From Kudoa neothunni (Eukaryota; Animalia; Cnidaria), in the NCBI GenBank assembly GCA_964304625.1, contig OZ199839.1, positions 9,469,979-9,533,978 on the forward strand: a DNA stretch of 64,000 bases, given 5' to 3'. The translations under genes were made by a program, and so were the position numbers. The notes below the pieces were generated by a model. It was not told where the DNA came from and searched no databases. It worked only from the letters and a program-made list of their open reading frames with translations. The stretch's first letter is position 1; every line of letters starts with the position of its first letter. Positions 55,208 through 64,000 of the stretch are shown here, one piece after another.

Positions 55208-56751
55208 ATGAATATTTCCTTATTAACTTTGATCTATATCACTTCAAGCTGCATCCCTTATTGTTACCTCGATAGTAATTCAACTTTATAGACACACAAA
55301 TCCATTTTTATTAGGTACGCCGAATACAAAATATAACTTCGATATTAATAACAACCACAGAATTTATTTAAAATCCTATCCTAAAAGGTATTACGTCCAT
55401 AAAGAAACAGCTACGTGCAAAGAGTTTGGATACAGAGGAGCTGGCGGAACTAACTTCAATAATTTTGAATCACTGGAGGAATGCGAAAAAGAATGTACTT
55501 AAAACTTTACGATAGATTAATAAAACTGTGATTCTAGTTGAATTTGACTATGCGAGTCGAGTAGGTGTTTGCACTGAAATCGCCCCATCTGCAGATCTGA
55601 GCGACGATGGTACTACCTCATTCAATGTTTGTGGTAAAGAAGGAGTCACCAGATATTATTTTAAAAGATATGGTTCCACCACTGCGAGTTGCAAGACATA
55701 TAGTTATAAGGGTTGTAACGAGCCTAAGTACTCATTTCCGAGTGATGCTGCTTGCAAGAACATGTGCTTAAGTAATTCACTCTTAATTTTTACATTAATT
55801 TTAATTTAATATAGCAAACCAAACGAGTCAAGGAATACCCAACAAAGTTGATTGCGAAGTGGGTGCAATTTTAACAACAAATGCAGCCAATGGAATAGAT
55901 ATCAAGATTGTACGTGACAGTGACAAATCCACTTGTGTTCATGCCATCGTAAACAATAATGCACCGCGTGGTGTCTTCACTTCATTTACACAATGCCAAA
56001 AAGTATGTCACGGTAATTAAAGAATTAATTAGATAAGCTAAATAAGTGAAATTAGCTGACGGCGAAATAACTAAGAGATGCGAGTCTGCTGCATACCAAC
56101 CAACAAATGATGGACATATAACAACAAAATATTATTACAACTCTAAAAACAAAATGTGTATGCAAATGTTAGCTGTTGATGTCGAAGTGGACTCAACAAA
56201 AAATTATTTTGATACAGCTGCAGAATGTATTAGTGCTTGTCCCGCTAGTACGTTCCTTTTATTATTTAAAATAATATAATTTTCTGTTTAAAGTTAACGA
56301 AGATAAAACAGACGAGAAATTGCCTGATATTCCATCTGTCTGTAGCGAACCAAAAGAGCCTGGTAATGGAAACGAGGCAAGCACGTTGCCAAGATGGTAC
56401 TATGATGAAAAAGAAAAAGTATGCAAACGATTTGCATATACTGGAATTGGTGGAAACGCGAACAACTTTGAAACTGAATCTCTTTGCAATTACATTTGCA
56501 TTGAAGGAATAAATGAAGTTCAATTATCTGAACCAACAACGACTCCAGAAACTACTACGACTACTACGCCTGCTACGGATGATTCAGGAGATTCCCAAAC
56601 CCCTTCCGAATCTGGTCCAGAACCTGATCTAGAATCTGATTTAGATTCCGACCAAAGAACTGACCAAGAACCTGTTCCAGAACCTGTTGCTGATCCTGAG
56701 CAGGACAACCAGGACAACCATGACGATCAGGACATCCCTGATCCAGTTTGA
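55208..56751 (+). CDS. Secreted protein with five Kunitz/BPTI-like domains and a Thr-rich/acidic tail
   Basis: Exons 55208-55274, 55315-55494, 55538-55771, 55815-56012, 56056-56247 and 56294-56751, all with phase-1 GT-AG introns. Signal peptide MNISLLTLIYITSSCIPYCYL. Kunitz motifs such as RWYYDEKEKVCKRFAYTGIGGNANNFETESLCNYIC and RYYVHKETATCKEFGYRGAGGTNFNNFESLEEC. Confidence 0.92.
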
Positions 56752-57359
56752 GAGAAAATGAGGTGTTATCATTGGCCAATAGCAACTATTTGAAATATCG
56801 TGATACATGTATTAATACTGAATGGTATATTAAGATGTGTTATTTTATTATTTTTATAATTTATTAGTAAAACCCTATTATTTCTTCATGTTAGTTTATT
56901 TGTGGATTAATTAATTTTTCGTCGTATTAAGAGATTTATTAACGTTTTAGTATAAAATAAGTAATATTTCAATAATTTCACTCTGAAATATCTAAAAAAT
57001 ATATTCTTATTACGTATGGCAATTTTTTAAATTGTATTAAAATCGACGCAACTCACAATGTTGATTGTAAATAATGTGAATATTTTAAAATGATAATGGC
57101 TATATTTTATGTAATGAGTTTTTCAAGAAATTTCTCTATAAGTTTTATTTTACTCTGAACTATTATGTAAATTAATTTTTCAATAAGTTTTAAAATTTTT
57201 GAAATATATAGATTTTTATTAGCGTTGCTGGAAGAAATCGGGCAAACCAAACTTTTTGTAAACCCCGAACTAATATTTACTTCTATGTATAATTATTACC
57301 TAAATTTATAATTAAAACAAAAACTTAAAAGTTATTACACTACTTGATAAACGTGTTGA

Positions 57360-57650
57360 AGAATTCCCTCATTCCAATAAGATCATCTAGTGTAGAGCAC
57401 AACATTCTATTTCTTCTAATGGTTTCGGTAAATCCATAAAAAGAAAATGTTCTTTCCGGAAAAGCGTTAATCATAGTTAGTTCAAGTAACGGTATGCTAT
57501 ATTTTCCGATGGAATGAAAACTATTTTTCTAATAAACAGTGCTAAAAACACGATTATTGAAAATTTAATTAACCCGACTTTCTTTTTGAGTCCGTCCAAT
57601 TCCTTTAATTTAAAATAACTATATTACAGCCTCTTTTTCGAGGTTTGAAT
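57360..57650 (-). mobile_element. hAT transposase C-terminal remnant
   Basis: Translates as LLELTMINAFPERTFSFYGFTETIRRNRMLCSTLDDL, matching the hATC ERxFS...RNR pattern. Confidence 0.65.
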
Positions 57651-58811
57651 AAAGGCACTGGCTATTGCAACTGGTGGGAATATCTACTAATATAACGATC
57701 GTATCAAAAGTTTAATGTCGTAAATACATATAACAATAAATGAACTATTATTAAATAAATCTTCAAAAGAAAATAAATTAATTGACGTTTTATTTATAAA
57801 TTAACCAATAATACATGGATTAATCCTAAACTATCCTCAAGAATTTATATATAAGTTTATTTTTGAAATGATTTTAAAATCATTATGCGTTGATTTTATA
57901 TAACAAGAAGCATCGATATACCCGATACGTTAATTAAGAACACGTGAAATTCTACAAATATGTTTTGCTTGCAACACTGATTTAAATAGACTATCTTATG
58001 ATATAATTTCAATTTAAATGTTTAATTTTACATTCATCTGGTAGCTGAATTTTTATAAGGGGTTTTATCGATAAAGATCACCATTTATCGATTTAGTATT
58101 AATGTTACCTATACGTAAAATCAATACTTAATTTATTTTAATAAAAATATTTCCTGTCTGTGAGAATATAAAAAATAATATTCCATCTAATAACAATGCT
58201 AAACCTAGTCACAATATGGAAGTATAAGAAATCCACAAGAAAAATTTACACCCTATTCAAAGCGCCCATAAAATGCAAAAGTCATACAAACCAACATATG
58301 CCAACGTCTGCAGAATATTGCAATTAATTTATCCTTAATTCAATAATTGCTATCACGATAGTTGAAGCCATATTATAGATATAAATGTTTTGGGATTAGA
58401 AAAATCATTAAACATTGGTATAAAATGCTCATCTAAAATGATGAGACTAATTTTAATTAAAAAGCGATACCAACGAGAATAATTTGAAAAGCAATAATCA
58501 GGTATAAATATAATGTGCTCAATTAAGTTGCTTATTAATGATTCGTCTTAGAATTTATTTAATACGGAAGTGAACAGCAGAGAGATGAATTCAAACCGAC
58601 GAAAAATTCAAAAGTTAAATAGTCATATCGAATTTTTTATTAATTTTACATAGATTTAAAATTCTCTCTCTAAAATAATAACAATGAGGCGATCTAATGA
58701 TTATGATTAACAGTCATTGGATTATCTAAAGCGCGAAGATGAGCAATTTCAATTCATATAAAGTATACAAACAATAAAATATTCTATGAAATATATATTC
58801 ATTATATAATA

Positions 58812-59810
58812 CAGGAGTGGTCTGATTTGCCCAGATCGGGAGCCAACTTTAAGGTAGCCCAAATTTTCAAGAGCCACAAGGCAATAAAATCATTTATATA
58901 ACTCTTCCTTATTTAAAACTTACATTATTGGAAAATTTTTGGTATTTATTAAGATAAGATGTTGTAGAATTTTAACTATAATGTTTCTTAATTTATTTCT
59001 CATTCAGTGAATCGCTGGAAAACTTTCACATAATTTTTATAGGTATAATTAATGATGGTTTTTCCAAAAAAGTAATTAAATCGTTAACGATTCAAGTAAC
59101 TATTTCTCTATGAAAAAGGTCGCAAATATTACAAAATATTTTTCACATTTAATCATGTATGGTAGTTTGACAAAAAATGAAATTAAATATTTACCAATGA
59201 CGTAATGCCTTCGAATTTTTTTTAAAATTGTCTCTAATGTTACAAGTTTTTTATGTTTCCACATTATCAGTGAGTTGTCAGTAATCTGGTCCGTATACTG
59301 TTAACGCTGTACAAATTAATTCCGTCAGATGTTTGTTTGTTCGGAATTGATTCATGATACTTCGATTTTACAAATTTCATCGTTGAATAAATAAACTCAC
59401 AACAATAAGTTGTTTCAAAGATAGAAGCAAGTTTGAGTAGGATTTCTTTTAATTTTGAATATTTAATATCTAGATCGTATTTCCACAATTCGCTTGGTGA
59501 GTTGGAATTGGGAATCGTGCTTAAAACTTTAATGAATGTTTTATTCTTTCGATATCTGTCACTTTGGTAATAGATAAACATTAGTTCTAATTGTATTCCC
59601 TAATGAAACTAGTAATAATTCTAATTTGAATCAAATATTAAAACCGTATGGTAGTTTGTAATTATGTTTTCTAATCAAAAATATTACCTAATTTACGATT
59701 AAAGATCTAATTTCTTCGTTTGATTAGAAAGTTTAAACTTTGTACTTTTCTGAATTAAAAAAAAATTCGACGGACAAAATTTTATTCAAGAACCACATGT
59801 GGCCACCCTG
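58812..59810 (-). mobile_element. Internally deleted hAT (Buster/SPIN-like) element
   Basis: Ends CAGGAGTGG / CCACCCTG. TSD ATATAATA vs ATAAAATA (7/8). ORF contains LASIFETTYCCEFIYSTMKFVKSKY. Confidence 0.8.
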
Positions 59811-61689
59811 ATAAAATAATTTCCTTCTCATTTTTATAAAATAGTAAAAAAAGTTAAAAATCACAATCATATGATCTTAATAACAGTTATATCCACTTAT
59901 GTAATAAAATTAACTGATAAAAATATTACAGTAATGCAAGGTTATTACATAGCATGGTTATTGCGTACGTTTAGAAATAGTGTCAAAACTTCAAAATACC
60001 CGATTTAACTATCGATATAAATCGTGAGATAAGAGTAAAATATATCGATAAATATAATTATAGAATTAAGAAATAATTTTTTCGTTTGGGAAAATAGGAG
60101 TGCAAGTTTATTACACAGTCGAAATCTGTTGTATGATTACATTGGCATGGATAGTACGCAGTAGGAAAATAGGAAAAATTATCGTTTACTCGAAGAAAAC
60201 GTTTAGATTATTAAATAATAGGAAAAATTAGGAACTAAGAGTGGGGCTCTAAAGTGAACATCGTTAGGCGCTCCGGCCTTAAATCAATTACCACATTGAA
60301 TACAATTGTATCAATAAAATCAAAAATATTTGCAGACTTTAATTCAAGCGATTTAAGATTTTATTGCAAAACTCATAAAAAAGTTCAAACTATTTGATAT
60401 AAGAATGGATGAATGAATGGATCTAACATTCGAGAACAAGAAATATAAAACTGTCCAGAGAGTGCGATATAATAGGAAAATAAATTAGCCAATGATATAA
60501 AGTACAACATTAAAGAAAACACTCCTATAACTGTCGGTCTAGCACAGTTCTATGAGTTTGCTTCGAGAGTTAGTCTAAAAATGAACCGTTTAAATAGAAT
60601 GTCTACAAGAAATAAGGAAATTATTCAAGATCCACCTCTCAGAAATCCTAAACACATTACGAAATCAAATTTTTTCTTTTGCAAAATAAAATAAACTTCA
60701 TTTAAAATAAGAGAAATAACTAATTTCTTGTTGAAAAACTAATTCTGTCTCAAACTACCTTATTAATTTTCAAAATACTCTGTTAACAATACAAAAATTA
60801 GTACGAAAACGTTTCACATCTCCCTATTAAAGTTATTATTAGTGCAACGAGAGAATAAATAAAAAAAGCAGAAAAAAGTGGACGCGCACGGAACCCAATT
60901 ATATTGTGTGCGCCAGACATGGATATTAGCGTGCAGGGTTACGTGCTCGAGTCTTTGTCCCGAAAAAGTGCATAGTATCCCTGCAAAAACTTTATAGCTT
61001 ATTTTTTGCGCATATTTAACCAAGAAAATATGATACAATCGACAGAAACAAAATTGAACTCATTATGGTTTTTTAGCATAGGCGCCAACTCTCTTGGTAA
61101 GCTCAACATTCCTTGTAATTTCTTATGAAAGTTACACAACTTATAATCATTATTATTTAAAACCAAATAAATATATTAATTCTTGAGGAAAGTTATTGCT
61201 TAATTCAGACATAATCGATCAATTTATAGACAAAACGTCAACTGGTTTATTTTTCTTTGAAAATTTATGTAATTAATATTTTGACTCGATTGTTATTTTA
61301 GTAGATCTTCCTATCCGTTGCAATAGCCAGTCCGAGCATAGGGATTGAACCAGGGTGCGGAACCTGTGGCTCTCCGGATGGTTGCGTCCGGCTCGCTGAC
61401 AAGTTTTCAATTTAAAAGAATTTTTCGTTAAACCCATTTGAGCATATGTGAAACGATCATTAAGGAACGTCAGTTACTTACTGTATCATGCTCTGCAGCG
61501 TGCGAGTATTGCTGTAATGACAATGTTTGTCTCGACGTATGTATGTGAGCAGCCTTTCTACATTTTAAGACATTAAAACCAAATTACGGTAGTGTTTAAC
61601 GGATGGATGTCTCAACGGCCACATGAAGTTTTATCTTACTGCGTATCAACCAGTCTACAAAACCATGCAAAACCTGAACATGCCAGGAT

Positions 61690-62073
61690 AATATGGCATA
61701 GTGGTGTTAGGTAGAGATCGCATACAGTGAGGTTTCGAGTTCGAAGCCTAGTCCGGGCGTCCTTGTACTTCTAATCCGAAAGTATGTAGGAAGGCTGTAG
61801 TAATCGCAAGGATCTGCGGATTTATCGTGGCCTTGCTTGCAGTTGGGAGTGGAGCCTGGAGGAAGATTAGATCTGGCACGCTCGTAAACGCCGGGGGTAT
61901 AGAAGCGAAATACAACCCAGTAGGGGGTTTCCGTAGGGCCGACGCCCGCATTCAGACGACTTTCCCAAACTAATTCTGAGCTATTCCAAGGGTATGGTTG
62001 GAGTGATGGTTGCTCCGAAACGAGGATGTTTAGTGGGTTAAAATCCTACACTACTGCACAAACGTAAGTCGCC
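61690..62073 (+). mobile_element. tRNA-derived SINE, cut by a piggyBac insertion
   Basis: A box TGGCATAGTGG, B box GTTCGAAGCC, GC-rich body. Shares GAGGATGTTTAGTGGGTTAAA.TCC.ACACTAC.GCA.AAA with the SINE at 26.5 kb. Confidence 0.7.
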
Positions 62074-62077
62074 TTAA

Positions 62078-64000
62078 CCTTCCGAGCATCTTTTGGATCA
62101 AATTGGCCCCAATCTATTTTCTTAGGAACGTGAGAATATATGCACAAGGCTTTAAAGAAAAATATTTTGTTTAAACTAAATCAAATTATAAGAGGATTTT
62201 GTCCTAGAATATTAAGAATAAACACAAAACAGATACTCGGCGAACGATGGCGAGAAAATACATTTTGAAAATGAGTGATTTCGAGTACAAGTTCTGTTCA
62301 TAAAATGATTCCGAAGCAAGTGAAATAGACGACTGTCTACAATTATTTGATTCAACATCAGAATCCGACAACTTTGACAATGAAATAATGCAAAACGGAC
62401 AACTTATTCCTCGACAAAAATGGAATTGATTGGCCCTGCGCTGTACCAAAGATCACAAAAACACAGTAGGAATACATACTTCATCCGATCTCAGTTTTAA
62501 CTGCCTAATCGACAACAAGAATCAAAGAATTATCGGAAACATTCTTGATATTTTTTGACACTATTTTCTTCTATTGTGAGTTCTAACACGAACAAAATTG
62601 GATTTTTTCATTACAATAATGAGTTTAAATCTATAACAGGGGAAGAATTTAAAGCTTATCTTGGATAACTAATTTATATGTCCATATTTAAATCAAAACG
62701 AGAATCCTCAAAATTATTTGGAATGTTGACAAATGGAGAAGTATATTCAGAAAAATGATCCCATTCAAAAGATTTGTTCGGCTATCAAAGTCTCTTCATT
62801 TCGATGACTTGAGAACTCGGGAAACAAGACATGAGTCGGATAAATTTTGCCCATTGCGAGAGATTTTTGATCACTGGAAAGACCTAACTTCGAAACTAGT
62901 TATTCCCTGAGAAAATTTGACCATCGACGAACAACTTGTTGCAGATAAAGGTAAATGTCCCTTTAAGCAATACATGCCGCCAAAACTTTCTGTTTTCGGT
63001 ATAAAATTTTTCCTGCTTATCGACCCTGATACAAAATATACCCATAATATATCGGTATAGTTGGGAAGAAATAATAGCGAGAGAGCCAAGAATGTTGATG
63101 AAAGTGTGTGGTTTTGGAACTTGTAGCTATTTTAAAAGACAATGGCGAAAACATTGTATTTGATAATTTTTTCAGCTTTATTTCTGTTGCAGAAAAGCTC
63201 TTGAATTGGGGATGACTATGGTTGGTACGATCCGAAATAAGGAGGTAAACAGTTCCAGATCTTTGTTTTACAGAACATTTTTGTTGCTATCGTATGTTCA
63301 AAAAAAATCAGTTTTACTTCTAACAACGTCTTCTTGCAATACAAATGTTGATAACACTGCTACTAAAAAACCTGAGGTCATACATCATTATAATAAGTGC
63401 AAAGGAGGAGTCGACACAGTTGACCGTATAATTGTCATTAATGTTTAACGATATACGAAACGTTGGCCCATTGCAGTTTTTATATGGTTGACGTCAGTTT
63501 GATTAACTCATTCCACATTTATAAGGAAATATTCGTTGACTCTAATTACTCTAGGTTGAAGTATTTAGAAATTCTAGCGGACAGTCTTGTAACAAATTTT
63601 TTGAGCATTAACAATGGGATGATAAAACAAAATATGTCTATGGAGTGTTCAAGCTGAAGTCGAAAGCGGTGTTGCCTTTGTGAAAGAAACTACGACATAT
63701 AAACAAAATCTGTTTGTTCAGTTTGTAAGACAATATGTTGTGAAGAGCACTCAAACGTTATTTGTGTTAAATGTTTTGCTTAATTAGATAAATTACTTAG
63801 AAACATATATTTACATTTGTCTTGTCCGATAGTTTAATGTGTTTTTATTCGCAACATGCTCTACGTTAGACGATTTTTTATAAATATAGGAAAGAATAAA
63901 ATAATAAAACATGCAAATTTCCTAATTAACGAATAATTTCCATTAGTTTCTAACTAGTGTACATCATATATATTGATTTCTCGTATAGTCATATTAAGCC
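62078..64000 (+). mobile_element. piggyBac transposon, decayed; right end outside the window
   Basis: TTAA|CCT left end. Fragments SLHFDD, DKFCPLREIFD, LTIDEQL, CPFKQYMPPK..FGIK, FDNFF, VGTIRNK, KPEVIHHYNKCKGGVDTVD, RWP and a C-terminal Cys-rich domain. Confidence 0.92.

Noticed and set aside
15772-56785. Short antisense ORFs over genes (e.g. 15772-16017, 16449-16751, 31794-32084, 56266-56785)
   Set aside because: Shadow ORFs opposite real exons, with no independent motifs.

Overview
AT-rich eukaryotic (animal) genomic DNA with very short GT-AG introns (mostly 34-60 nt) and fast-evolving proteins. This fits a compact, probably parasitic invertebrate such as a myxozoan, but that is inference and the taxon cannot be confirmed. 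I reconstructed seven host genes by manual splicing: (1) the 5' part of XPR1 (SPX domain, missed by the ORF track); (2) DDX56/DBP9; (3) a ~1,950-aa type-I membrane protein built from a triplicated six-domain Cys/FN3-like cassette; (4) COPZ1; (5) a MON2-like gene, head-to-head with COPZ1; (6) a divergent integrin beta with a remodelled ligand-binding site; (7) a secreted five-Kunitz protein in which four of five domains lack the II-IV disulfide. The intergenic space holds many, often nested, transposons: Tc1/IS630, pogo/Tigger, MULE, Merlin, Helitron, hAT, piggyBac and tRNA-derived SINEs. The best candidate for an undescribed system is the 14.7-21.5 kb surface-protein gene: 3x super-repeat, all-phase-1 exons, and an RGD formed at a splice junction. 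It lies inside a 21.6-kb block bounded by matching TA-flanked Tc1/mariner-type termini. Four +1 frameshifts in homopolymer runs of conserved genes are most likely assembly errors. Exon coordinates were counted by hand and may be off by a few bases.
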